From Schmidtea nova (lineage: Eukaryota), in assembly GCA_044892505.1 (NCBI GenBank), contig CM097882.1, positions 179,180,329 to 179,244,000 of the forward strand: a DNA stretch of 63,672 nt. Direction: 5' to 3'. A program made the translations under genes and the position numbers. The notes beneath the pieces are model-generated. The model worked only from the letters and a program-made list of their open reading frames with translations. It ran no database searches and was not told the origin of the DNA. Of the stretch, positions 36,301 through 50,800 are shown piece after piece (position 1 is the first letter of the stretch; the number at the start of each line of letters is the position of its first letter).

Positions 36301-39300
36301 TTTTCCAAAACATTACAAAAACTTATCTTAATTTATGAAATTTTGAATCTAATTAAATGTTCAATTTTAACGTTATATATTTATTATAGGTCCTTTTTGG
36401 CTTTTTAAAATGTAATTTTTTTCACCTTTTCCAAATGAAACCCCCTTAAAATTTTATTTAAAAACATTTTATTATCCAGCGATTTTCAAATTTGTCAGAA
36501 ATTTAGTCAATAAAGTGAATAGTGTTTATTGATAGGTCATTTAAAAATGATTCTAAAAATAATAATAATAGTGTTTTATAAATGAAAATGAATAATGAAG
36601 TAAAACACTTACAATGTCTCCTAAATACGTGATTGGATCTCGGTTGTTGCATTCGGTCACCATAGTATGCAACGCCTCATTGACGCGGAAGTATGTTTTC
36701 TTTTTCATTCCAGCTGTTGTTCCCAGTTCCAATTGTCGACTAAGAAGTACCATTTTGTCTGTGGACATTTTTTCCGGCCACCTTCATAACACACATGAGT
36801 ATCTTATTACCAGAAAATTACCTAAAAATTAGACACGACTAAATATATTCAAATCAACTAACACTTGACAAAGGCTGTTCCGAAATTTGTCAATTTTTCA
36901 AAATTTCTTTTATCAATTATCTTTGGAAAAGGAAAATAATATAATAATAATAATAATAAAGCAAGATAACGTGGGACAGTAAGAGGACATAAATATTTAA
37001 TAAGGTCTTTAAGATCTGTGAAACTTATCCACTTTAATCAATATTTAGAAGTAATTAACTAATTATTATTAAATTAAATTGTAATTTATGATGAACTCAA
37101 TAGTCTGATGTATCTTACCTTTATATATACATATATCAAAAGTATTAATATCAAATATTTTATAATTAAAATAAAGTTAAATTAAATATGGCTTATAATA
37201 AATAATCAATATAGAAATCCTAAAAATCAGCCTCAAAGTATTTGTTTGAATATTACAAATTTTGACAGTTTTTTGAGAAATAAATTTTATTTTGTTATTT
37301 TAATTGTGGACGAAGAAAATATCAACAAAATTGAAACTAACAAGAGTTAAATCTAAGAAGTTCGTATACTTTCAAAATATTCATTCTACTGAAATAGTGC
37401 AAGCAAATAAAATAGACCAGAAAACAATTAGATTTTCTTCACTTTTAGTCTTTTTATTCCAGCGATTAATATTTATTATATATTTGACAAAAATATTAAT
37501 TAATTGCTTAAAAGAAAAATGTCATTAAAAGAAATATAAAAACAATTTCAAATATAATAAAACATTTCCCCGTAACAGATTATAATAAATATATAAAATT
37601 AGTTTAACGTCCTTATCAATATCTGTCATACCGAGGTATTTTATGAATGGTCGCAAAAATGGGTTTGTATTTATCATTTTTTAATTCCTACTGCACGTAT
37701 AAAATATTGAATACTGAAAAAATTCTCAAAATGCACTTATTTTATCTACTATTTTGGTAAAATCTTATAAATTTTATAAAAAATATTAATTTTACAAGCT
37801 ACTTTTGTTTTGCATAAAACAATTAGTTTTCATTTATCCAAAACTGCACTTTCTAAATTGAAATCCAAATTTGAAAAATTGATGCAGATTTGGGAATTCG
37901 GGGCATATGTTATACGGAAAATTTTAGACAACAAAGTGTCAACATGTATGGAATCATCGAATTCAATCCGTTGAAGACTTTACAGTAATATCATTAGTCG
38001 CAAAGATAAACAAAATACTAAATGAATAATAACAAAATGTAATTTGTGTTAAAATTTTGCGTGGTATCCATGTGGCGTGAATGAATTAATGCGTTATAAG
38101 GATTACGAAACTAATTCTGATTAATAAAATTGTAATGATTTTTCAGCTGTGAATTAACTTGCTCATTCATCGTAGCACATGTCAACTAATTTTCTTCATA
38201 AACTTTGGGAACAGTTTGACGATAAAATTTTTAAAATAGTTTTATGACATTACAAAAATAATATTGATTTAGATTTACTATTTTAATAGAGCTTTTTAAT
38301 TTTTAATTTCTATATATAAATTACTGATACTGAAAAAGTAACATTGCATTCGTCTCTGATTTTGAAAATTATCTCATAAATCAAACAATAAAACTTAAAT
38401 AATTGAAATTTTTTCGCGGTTTCTTTTTATTATCCGTTTTTTAATCTTAATTTGATAACTCAACAAATATAGACGCCTATAATATTTAAATTAGTTGATA
38501 ATTTAATAATATTTAACTGACTAATTGATGAAACCTAATTCACAAAATCAGTGGTTATTAACCGGTGGTCCATATAATCAAATGTGGTCTTTAAAGCCGG
38601 CAGTCATATTTTTTATTTTATCATTAAAATACACCTTTTAATAGATATTTTTAATTGATATCGTAATAGAGCTCATAATTATTATTTTCATATTTTTGAT
38701 ATATTTAGACTCGGGTAAAAGTATATGAAATAAGAGATTCATTATAAATTAATTTATTTTACTATATACTTGAAAAGCAAAACAGATATCAACAAAAAAG
38801 AAAATAACTTAAACTAGTTACAAAAATCGAAATAATTAGGGAGATGGTTAAAAAACAAGCTTATTTTAAAATTTTACTTTTTACCATAAATACGATTTGG
38901 AATGCTTTATAATATGAAAATTAAATTATACAGGATTAAGTAAATTGAAAATGATTTACAAAAATGTTATGGAATGTTTTTATAACCAAATTTATTAATG
39001 ATTGCTGCAATTTAAATATTATTTTTAATAATTAATATATTTAACTGATCCTAAATTTTAATCAGATTGCCGGGCGAAAGTGTTTTCCTCATGTTATTTA
39101 TTCACGTATTTGGCGATGGCCAAATTTACACAAAAATGAATTACGCCAAAATAAATGTTGCATTTACGGTTATGAAATGAAACTGGATTATGTATGCATT
39201 AATCCGTATCACTATGACCGAGTCGTACCGTCGGCGGTAGATATCAGTGAACTTAGTTTAACATCAAGTATCGAGGATTTAGGTGAATTTAGGTATCTAT

Positions 39301-42300
39301 TAATCATTTTTACAACGAAAAAATTGTAGATGATACTGAAAGCCCATCTGTTATGGATAGTGAAAGCATTAACGAAACTCTTAAATATATTTCGAATTCC
39401 TCCAATGGACCAGGTATTTTGAGAATTAATTCAACATAAACAAAATTCAGATAATTTTATTGTTCTGCATTTAAATTTTCAAAATCTTATTTGGAATTTT
39501 GATGTAAATATCTATAAAATTAAACTTGATCTAATCCATTGACAAAAAACTAGCAATTTTTACAAGTGTCTTAAAATTCCTTACAAAGACTTATCTGCGA
39601 AACTTCATTCATCAGAAGCAAAATATTTTCATCAATACACAGCTGACATTATAATAGTTTTTTCTGCTTTTCTGAATTCAGGAGAAAGAAAATATTAAGC
39701 AAGAAGTAGAGTGATCAACATTTTAAGATCGAAATATTTCATCAAATAAACATTGTGGAGAAAGGCTTACTATTTTTAATAAACTCTGCTAACGACAANN
39801 NNNNNNNNNNNNNNNNNNNNNNNNNNNNNNNNNNNNNNNNNNNNNNNNNNNNNNNNNNNNNNNNNNNNNNNNNNNNNNNNNNNNNNNNNNNNNNNNNNNN
39901 NNNNNNNNNNNNNNNNNNNNNNNNNNNNNNNNNNNNNNNNNNNNNNNNNNNNNNNNNNNNNNNNNNNNNNNNNNNNNNNNNNNNNNNNNNNNNNNNNNNN
40001 NNNNNNNNNNNNNNNNNNNNNNNNNNNNNNNNNNNNNNNNNNNNNNNNNNNNNNNNNNNNNNNNNNNNNNNNNNNNNNNNNNNNNNNNNNNNTAAGTAAC
40101 AAAATAAGCCTTTGCTGCAAAAACAATTTTATTAAGTAAGAAAATTAATTAATTTAATACCTAATGCTGCTACCAAGGNNNNNNNNNNNNNNNNNNNNNN
40201 NNNNNNNNNNNNNNNNNNNNNNNNNNNNNNNNNNNNNNNNNNNNNNNNNNNNNNNNNNNNNNNNNNNNNNNNNNNNNNNNNNNNNNNNNNNNNNNNNNNN
40301 NNNNNNNNNNNNNNNNNNNNNNNNNNNNNNNNNNNNNNNNNNNNNNNNNNNNNNNNNNNNNNNNNNNNNNNNNNNNNNNNNNNNNNNNNNNNNNNNNNNN
40401 NNNNNNNNNNNNNNNNNNNNNNNNNNNNNNNNNNNNNNNNNNNNNNNNNNNNNNNNNNNNNNNNNNNNNNNNNNNNNNNNNNNNNNNNNNNNNNNNNNNN
40501 NNNNNNNNNNNNNNNNNNNNNNNNNNNNNNNNNNNNNNNNNNNNNNNNNNNNNNNNNNNNNNNNNNNNNNNNNNNNNNNNNNNNNNNNNNNNNNNNNNNT
40601 TTGAAAGGGTACTTTACAGGGTTTATCAAAATGTTTAATAACTTTGTTAAAATGTTTAATAATTTTATTTTATGGTTGTTAAATGATATAAATTTTTTGA
40701 GAAATATTTTATATATTTGGAATATTCAAACATTGAATATTTTACATTTTAATATGTGCTTTATTATCAATTGTGAACAAAATTAATAAAATGAAATAAA
40801 TTATATTACATTTATTTTAATAAAAAGGACTTGACAATAGTGTAAAAAACATATAAATTTAAGTATGAGTATTTCCGGTATGAGCGCCCTCCCTAAAAAA
40901 GTTTAAGCAGAGATTTTGATTGATTTCACGATGAGTTTCTTCAATACAGGTTAATAACTCGGCCTTTGAGTTACAATTATTGGACCTGCTTTTTTCTTTC
41001 CAAACAGAAAATATATATACTAGTTATCAAATATTAGACATTTAATAAGTGCAAAATTAAATTCATTTTTATGGTACTTTATTTAAATATGTAATATTAT
41101 TGAAAACCATTATCTATTGACACATTTGCACAATTTATATAATCACGCATACAAATGTTGGAAAACTTTTTCATAATTTTTGATATTTTGTAAAATAAAG
41201 CATAAATAAATGACATTTATTCATTTAAAGATGATTCTGTCCATATGCGCGCACGTATGACTTTGCAATACGGAAGCAGCAATGTGGAATATTCACTTGA
41301 TGATTCTGATCCATTAAAAACCAGAATAGGTCAGTCCTTGGATGTTCAGTCTATGTCTGATTCAAGTGGAAGTCCCAGTGATCAGTTTAAACCAAGGATT
41401 GGACAAGATGGGGATAACATACCAACTACTATTAAGTATGAAAACAGTGTAGTAGCACATTACTGCCAAAATTCACCAAGTAATGGCAATTTTAAAATTG
41501 CTAGTCTTACTGGCCGCGGAGGATCTCAGAATTCTCAAGGCAGTTCAGCTAGTCAGCAGCAGAATCAAACACAGAGAAATCCGAATCAACCAGCCCAGTC
41601 AACCCCACAGCAATCTAGGCCTAATTTCAACACTTCTAGCAGTTCCTGGAATCAAAATCAGGGGTTTGATCGGCCTCCGACAACATCAGCACAAGTGAGT
41701 AATGAGTTTTTAACAATCATAGATTTAAATTGAAATTATCACTAACACTTTAATTTTTGTCACTTTTTTATTTATTTTTTTTCAATTTCAGATATTTTCA
41801 TAATTTTTAAGACAATAGATCAAAAAAAAATCCTTTACAACACGAAATTGAAAGAAATGGAAAGAAATGGAATTAAATTATAAATATTGATTTTTTAGTG
41901 CATTCTGTCACTTTTATTATATATAAAAGCTTTTAAAGTTATAAACTCGTTTAACCGAAATATTGATCAATATATTCTAAAAAAAGAATTTATAAATTGA
42001 TTAAAAGATCAATTGTGAAAATTATATACTTGGTAAGGCTCAAAAGTCCCCAGACTAGTATAGAAATAAAAAAGTAAGATAAAGTTCTTTTATATTTGAA
42101 ATAAGACACATAAATAAAGGTTATAAATCAAAAGTTTGTTTTTATGTTTTGATATTTAATTTCGGTCACTTGGTTATTTTTAAAAGAAATGTTTGACTCC
42201 GGAACAAGTGTTTTTGATAGTCAAATAAGTGAAATACTTGATGGTGAAAACTTTGCAAATTTGAAGGAAATCATGTTTAAGAATAGAAAAATCACACAAA

Positions 42301-44062
42301 TAGAGTTGTCTGTAAAACTAAATGTTTGCAAGGGAACCAGACAAATTATGTTGAATCAATTGGGAATTAGGAAATTGTGTAGCAGGTTCCTTCTGCGTTA
42401 TTTAAAAGTAGAGATAGACGAAAATTTGCCCGTGAAAACAACCTTTTACTTTTGAATAGCACTGGACTTAACTTTTTGGGCAAATATCATGACAGAGTAT
42501 GAGAGACTTTTGAGCCTCTACATACCCAACTCTAGACGAGAATCTGAAGAGTAGGAAATACCTGGAGAGAGGCCGCAAAGATGCTTCGTTTAGACACTTT
42601 ATATGGAGAAAATGGGATGTTGAGTTTTGTTTGGGATGTTAAAGGAGTCTTAAAGGTCGATTTTTCCAACGGAAACATCACTTTTATCAATGAAACAAGA
42701 GACTTTATTTATTTCCCATCCAGAATCCTCATGGAACACAGGAATCGTTTAAACTGAAAGTAAAATAAATTGTTATACACATAATTCTGTTTTTACACAA
42801 TAGATACGTTCCTAAAAAATTCGTGTATAAAAAGATATTGGCTGAATGGAAAAATAGTAGATTGGTTTCATACCATAAATCAATACGAGCAAAATTAATA
42901 AATTTATACGAGCACCTTATTTTACTTATAACTTGTTAAAAATTCACAACAACTAAACGTCTTTTCTTTTCAATTCTCAAAACCAAACTAAATTGCATAC
43001 AAAGTACACTACGTTTTTACTTTATCTATATTTCGGGGATATAATCGACATAATCTAACTGAATTCTGAAGAATATAATGGCGAAGTTAAAATGTATGTA
43101 TACATTATTTGTGAAAAATGAAAAAAAAATTAATAGAACATCAAAAAAAATTCATAGAATATTGAAAATCGTGTTATAACAAAGCAATTCGTGTAAAAAG
43201 AGAAAAAAATTCTTTTTAATTCGTGTTAAATCAAATTCGTGTAAAAACAGAATTAAGTGTATATTTTTATTTTGAATATCCTTCTACTGATAATATGTAG
43301 ACAAATATCCGAAGGAAAAACATCCGAATAATTATCAAATTTTGTGTATTGTAATTCTAAATTTCTAAAAATATTAAAATCACAAATATTTCATTTTAGT
43401 AAACATTTGTTTTTCAGAAGGAGCTTTATATTAAAATATTGTCATCTTTAAGTCTCACCAAATTCTCATAATTATGAGTTTTAGGATGAACAGCTTCCAT
43501 GAACCCAGCTTCCTGAACACAGCTCAGAACCCGATGACAATGCAATATTCAACAGTTTGCCACACGTTCGAACTAAGGTTTCCGGGGCCCCATATAAAAG
43601 ACGGTTGTAAAAGTGATGAAAATGACAAAATGTATAATAATAATAAAAATTTTTCACTCACATAAGACTTAAAAGCAGAAAATAAATAAATTTTTTAATG
43701 TACCACGTTTTTAAAATGGACTAAACATGGAGAAAATAATTTTTCCTATCCTCACACATGAATTCCTAAGGGCTTATGATTGTAAGATTTTAAAAACTAT
43801 GAAAATGTATGTGAAATTTAAAATGAAATTTATTTATTTTAATTTTAGCTTTTTATTACTGATCGAATGTTTATTTACTAAGAAACAATATAGAACTTAA
43901 ACGGTGGCTGGACAAAATGGTACGGACAAAATGGTACAGACAAAATGGTACCATAAGAATGAAAAACATTTTTAAGTATATTAATATATGATCTAACCTT
44001 CATTCTAAACTAAAAAATTTATTAATTTATTTAATAATAATATTAATAATATTAATAATATT

Positions 44063-44093
<31 letters not shown>

Positions 44094-46312
44094 TCGAAAA
44101 AATGATGGCCTATTATTAATAAAAACACGAAATCGCCAAACAATAGAAATATATTTCAAGGACACAGTCCTCATCATCAGTCTGCCAGCATAATCTAAAT
44201 CAAATGCTATATACGGAAACAGTAATGACGTAATGGCTATGATTTAATGAGTTAATTAAATAATCTCAATAAATTCGTTGCTGATTGAATATTAATTGTA
44301 GGGGATTGTGATTTAATCACCAACGCCTCACATAAAATTCTTTCCAATTTATTATTAAAGTTTTTAAATATAATTTTAAAATCTTTTAAATCAGTTTCTC
44401 CTATACACATTTTTATATGCTCAATAATATTACTCACACCTTTCAATCGGCTATGTTCCTGAACCCGTGTGCGAAGATGACGGGAAGTCTCTCCAATGTA
44501 TGTGGCATTGCACCCATTACAAGAAAACTTATACACTAGATCAGAAACTAAACCTATTGGGGTTTGAGATTTATTACTAAACATATTTACTGATTTTTAA
44601 GACTTTGACACTGTTAAATATGTTAGAATTTCCTAAGGATTTCATTATAGAACACTTTTAAAACCTTCCGAATATGGAATTACTAAAACGTGCGTTTTTA
44701 AATGTTCACTATCATTAGATGGACTACCATTTCCAATGCTTTCATCAGGCTCAATCAATAGCCGATCAATGGTTTCCTTAGTCAGTCTTTCTACAAAAGC
44801 CTTTGAATATCCATTTTTATTCAGAAGAGAAACAAGTTTATGTATACTTTTGTTCGATTTTTCAAAAGTAGAAGATAATGACCACGATCTAAAAATCAAA
44901 CCCTTAATCATATTTTTATTATATTTAAAATCACAAAGCTTTTAGCAGTAGTATATAGACCTGTATCAGTTGGCTTTCTATATACTTCTGTTTCAAAACC
45001 CTTAGATGTTCGTTCCACTAACAAATCTAAAACTTCTTCTTCCACCGTAAACTTAATAAAGGAATGTAGTCCATTCATATAATTTAAAAAAGGAACAACA
45101 TCATCAGCATTCGAAAATACTAAAAAATATCATCAACGTAACGTTTATATATCTTAGGCTTAGAAAAAGGAAAATCAGAAATCTTTTTCTCTAATTTTGA
45201 AAGAAAAATCGACGCAAGAGTTGGAGCTAAAGGTGATCCCATCGCCACTCCATCAACTTGCTGATACCAATTATCATCAAAAAGAAAAGCAACATTTGAG
45301 GTTGCAAATATCAACAATTCACGAAAAGAAACTAAATCTAATGTCTGATCATCAACCATATTCTCTTTCCACAACTCACAACACTGATTAATCGTCTCAC
45401 TTAATGGAACATTTGTAAATAAACTAGTTACATCGAAAGACACCATATAATCAGCAGGATAAATAACCTGTTTTGTTATAAACTCAACAAATTCAAAAGA
45501 ATCCCGACACTCATACTCTTTAAAGATCAAAGGTTTTAACAATGAGTCAAGAACCTTAGCAACCTTATACTGTGCTGAACCAACCATAGAAAAAACCGGG
45601 CGCATTGGAACATCTTTTTTATGAATTTTCGGCAGACCATATAATTTTGCAGGTTGGAACCCAACCGCATATAGGTGTTTACCAAAATCACAATCTAAAT
45701 GTTTATCTTTTATCAGACGACAAACAAGTTTATTAAGAATTTCTTCATCTTTTTGGGGAGGAAATTTCCATATTCGGAAGGTTTTAAAAACTTTAAGTGT
45801 TCTATAATGAAATCCTTAGGAAATTCTAACATATTTAACAGTGTCAAAGTCTTTAAAATCAGTAAATATGTTTAGTAATAAATCTCAAACCCCAATAGGT
45901 TTAGTTTCTGATCTAGTGTATAAGTTTTCTTGTAATGGGTGCAATGCCACATACATTGGAGACTTCCCGCCATCTCCGCACACGGGTTCAGGAACATAGT
46001 CGATTGAAAGGTGTGAGTAATATTATTGAGCATAGAAAAATGTGTATAGGAGAAACTGATTTAAAAGATTTTAAAATTATACTAAAAACTTTAACAATAA
46101 ATGGGAAAGAATTTTATGTGAGGCGTTGGTGATTAAATCACAATCCCCTACAATTAATATTCAATCAACAACGAATTTATTGAGATTATTTAATTAACTC
46201 ATTAAATCATAGCCATTACGTCATATAGCATTTGATTTAGATTATGATGGCAGACTGATGATGAGGACTATGTCCTTGAAATATATTTCAATTGTTTGGC
46301 GATTTCGTGTTT

Positions 46313-46387
<75 letters not shown>

Positions 46388-47738
46388 TGTTAAAATGAGC
46401 TGAGACCATATTCAAAGCGTTTTTATTGTCATACGATAATAGTAACACATAACCACTAATGCATAGATTTTCTTTTTTACAATACAATTCAATGTGATTC
46501 AGTACGACTTCGAGCATTGATGTAAGTGTTATGGAATGATGAAACAATGGAATGGCATTACCAATAACTAGATTTCTTTGGGATTTTCTAAATCATTTGG
46601 AGATAATAAAATTCCATTGAGGATATTCAATATCATTTGCGATTTTACTAGATTTCTTTTTTTCAATTTCGCCAAGAGCTGACATTGAGTGTTTAACTAC
46701 TTCATTGAATTTGTCCAGGCAACGACTTTTTCAGATTACCATTCTAGTTTGCAATGTAGAACTCATCTATTCATTTGTGATTAACTAGTCGATTTGTGGA
46801 TTCATGAGAAAACGTTTAATTAGGTCGTTTAATTTTTCTAAATAGTTGTTATCCTGCATCGGTGTAGAAATGACAACTGATTTCGAAGAATAAACCTTTC
46901 CTTCCAATCCTACATACACATCGAATGCAAACTGGAAAAACATCCTCACAATATGCGAACCGATATTGTTTTCTAAATGATCCGGATAATGTATCCACAT
47001 ATATTCACAGAATTTTTGACTCTGAAATCTCACAATCTCATTTTTAGAAACGTCTTTGGATTTACAGGCTAAAAGAACTTTTTCCAATAATCTAGATGTA
47101 TTTTTACCGAGGATTACGCCACCCAAATATGCATTGATAGATCTAAATATAGAACCAACTACTTCACTTGTAGGATATGAAGAAACAAATTTTTCGATGA
47201 TGGAGCATATTGTTGCATGAAATCATACTTAAATACCATTTTTATTCAATGAAGCGACTGTTTTAATTACTATTTCATATCTTTCTTCTTCGGGTGCACT
47301 TTCAAATGATTTCAGACACGATTGATAATACTTCACAATATCTATATCAACTTTAAATAGCTCCTTTTCACTCATTTTTCGTTAATAAATCTCAATTATT
47401 TAAAACCCAAAATTAATGCTCTGAAACCAAAAACATAAATATCAACTTCCCCAAAATTCGGACCAGTAAAACAAAAACTCTAATTCTAAATCGAGAACCA
47501 AATTCTACAATAAAATATTTTCAAATTAACTCAATCAATAACTGAATCCACCTGCCATAAAAGAACATGCCACACAGACGCGAGTAACAAAAACAGCTCT
47601 GCGCATACAGACGCGAGAGCTCACTCCTCAGCACACCAATAGAAATATAAAAGCGCACACAGACGCTATATCTCACATCACACAGTCGCAACAAACCAAA
47701 AGCCAGAAACATGAAATGCGCACACCCAGAAATCACCA

Positions 47739-47805
<67 letters not shown>

Positions 47806-50800
47806 TCATAATTATCTTTTTTTACCTTTGATCATTTTTTATTATTATTATCAATAATTCTCATAATGATGACTATAGATCAAATTTTTTTTTATAAACA
47901 ATAACACAATATTTCGGTACAGCCTTTATCAAGTGTGTATTTCACACACTTGATAAAGGCTGTGCCGAAATATTGTGTTATTGTTTATAAGAAAAAATTT
48001 TGATCTATAGNNNNNNNNNNNNNNNNNNNNNNNNNNNNNNNNNNNNNNNNNNNNNNNNNNNNNNNNNNNNNNNNNNNNNNNNNNNNNNNNNNNNNNNNNN
48101 NNNNNNNNNNNNNNNNNNNNNNNNNNNNNNNNNNNNNNNNNNNNNNNNNNNNNNNNNNNNNNNNNNNNNNNNNNNNNNNNNNNNNNNNNNNNNNNNNNNN
48201 NNNNNNNNNNNNNNNNNNNNNNNNNNNNNNNNNNNNNAATATTACTAATAATAATAATAATAATAATTTTGTCCTATAACCAACTTAAACAATTTCGATA
48301 ACTGGAAATACCCGAGTATTAATAATTTTTGAAAAAATTATATCTGTATGATGTTAATAATTAATATTTCACTGAAATATTTTGTTTCTTTTTGAAAACT
48401 TGCGTCAAGGTGGCTAGTTTCTTATGAAGATGCGAGTGAAATTTAATAATTAATTTAATTTTTTATTAATTACTTAACTATATCATTATTTTAACATATC
48501 GCGGAGCCGGAACAATTAAAAATTTCCAGCTCATTGGTTTTATTTTATTCATTGATAATCAATAGTGTCAAATTATTAATAGCTTTATCTTAATAATGGA
48601 TTTATCTATTTTAAATTTTCTATAATGAAGATGCTTCTTTTTTTCTATAGCAGACAATGTTTAAATAAATTTCTTTTGAATATTGAATTAACGACTTTTA
48701 GAAAAACTTTCTAGATACAAAAGTTTTATTATTCATTTTAACTATATTTTCCCCCCAAATCATTGAAATAAGCTGAATATGGGAAACCTAAATGGTGCAT
48801 AATTTATGTGATTAAATTAAACTATAATTTTAAATATTTAACAGCGTAGTGACGTATTTAAAAAAAAATCGATATATTTTTAGGGTTTCGATTAAATATT
48901 GGGCAAGTAATGTGAAATTTCTCAACTGAAAAGCTTTTAAAAATAAACATCTATATACAATAATATAATCTACTATCTAGACAAGATAGGACTTTTGTGA
49001 ACTTGGTTCGTTTCAAATTCTTTAAACCAATTTTTAAAGTATAATTTTTTTTATTAAAATAGAATTGCTGGTCTTTCCACAATTGATATTAAAATGACAA
49101 TTCTATTATTGGAAAATGATTTTCAAAGATTTTCTAAAAATATAGTTATCAAAATTAATTAATAAAATTACCAGAAAAAACAAAATATATTACATTTTAG
49201 TTGATAATTATCCAATGAAGGCTAATTTTCAATGATAAAATTAAATATTAACTTCTCTATTGTTTCATTTAATTACGACTATTTGATAATGGAATAATAT
49301 GTTATTTTTTAAATCTACTTGTGTAAAAATTAATATAACTAATTAAGGCATGTCAAAAGATATTTTATCATATAAAAAAAGAGAATATCGAGTTATAAAG
49401 AAACTATTAAATGAAATAGATTTAAAACATTTTTAGTTTTACATGATATCAAGATAAAATCCCAATCATTGTAAATTTCTAAATTTTTAGAAGCCTACGG
49501 AGTTCTATTTTTTTTATAAATTTTAATAAATTTTAATAATTGATTAATGACTTAATTAGCAATGAATTATTATTCTAGAAATTCCGTGCTTTCATAATAA
49601 TATCATTTTTGAGTTGTTTGATTCATTAAATTTCAAAAAAAATATTACTTCAAAAAATCTTTTGTTTATGAATTAAAAAAAGGAAATAAAAATAATTTAT
49701 TTGCCTTTTAACTTTGTTTAAATCGCAATATCTTTGGCGCCATAACTCGTTATTGTTTATAATTTATTATTCTCAACAATATATATATATATTAGTCATT
49801 TTGGCGTCTTATTTTACACGTAAAGCGATCTAAATACAATGATTTCGTTCAAAGCTTGTTTGAATTAATAAATACATGTCTGGCTAAACAATTATTTAAA
49901 GACAAATTTAAGTAACAGATTTTAAATAAAGCTTTTCTAGAATTGATTTTTTTGAAAATAACTAAAATTTCTGAATGCTAGTTAATTAATTATTGACATT
50001 ATTATTCATTAAGAAAGTAAATGTCAGGCTTTATTTAGAGTGTTTCTGAGTAACATAATTCGATATAAAGTCTCAAGAACAATAAAGTATTAACTGAGTT
50101 TTTGACAAATTTTTGTTTTTTAATTTATTTATTAAACTTGCTAGTCATCAGCAATAACTTTTGTAACTTAGTTTGACTTGAATTCTCTATTTTCGTAATT
50201 TGTTCTATTTTAGTAATAAATTGAATTACTGGTTAAAAATTTTGATTTGACATATTTGAATTTCAACATTTTGTAAAAATTATTTAAATAAAATTGATAT
50301 GAAAATTAGTTAATTAAAAAAATAAATATTTCACTCTATATTTCACTCTTAAATTCACTCAAAACTAAAATTTCATAACTAAATTTAATTTTAAAACACA
50401 AGAACAATATATTTCATATAATATATTGAAAAATTTCAACTTGAAATCTCTATAAGGAAATTGTTCATAATATGGACATATGGATCAAACTTATATAACA
50501 TATTTTAGATATAATTACGTTATCTCTTTAACCCGAAGTTAATGAATAGATAAGAATTTATATTGAAATAAGGAAATAACACTAAATTTGACATATCAAT
50601 ATTTTTAAAATTGACCCACTTTCCCTGATCGGATCGATCTGAAGTTTTGACAGCATACAGTGTTCTCGACAACGAATCTTATTGCCAAATTTCAGCTCAA
50701 TCCGCTCACGAAAGTAATATGGCCTCACAAAATTTGCGTGGGGATACAAACATCAGCGAAGTTAATATAGAGAGAGTAAATATATTAAGTGAAACCAAAA

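Larger units (their letters stand above)
44110..46313 (-). mobile_element. Penelope-like element 2 (RT plus GIY-YIG) with an inverted duplication of its 3' ~560 bp
   Basis: Minus strand: [67 protein letters not shown]. 45770-46313 is the reverse complement of 44110-44675. (AAT)n on both flanks. Confidence 0.95.

Noticed and set aside
39755-40629. Long X-containing ORFs (also at 4105, 35326 and 48000)
   Set aside because: They span assembly N-gaps.
43418-43577. Possible extra Smad4 linker exon (ORF 43474-43665)
   Set aside because: Exon 4 ends in phase 0 and joins exon 5 in frame. The phase-0 readings from the acceptors at 43417 and 43484 hit stops. It needs RNA evidence.
46242-46547. Poly-Leu ORF suggesting a membrane protein
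   Set aside because: Artefact of the (AAT)n microsatellite.
50560-50790. Possible Helentron/DINE-like fragment in Smad4 intron 4
   Set aside because: Only generic motifs; no termini could be defined.
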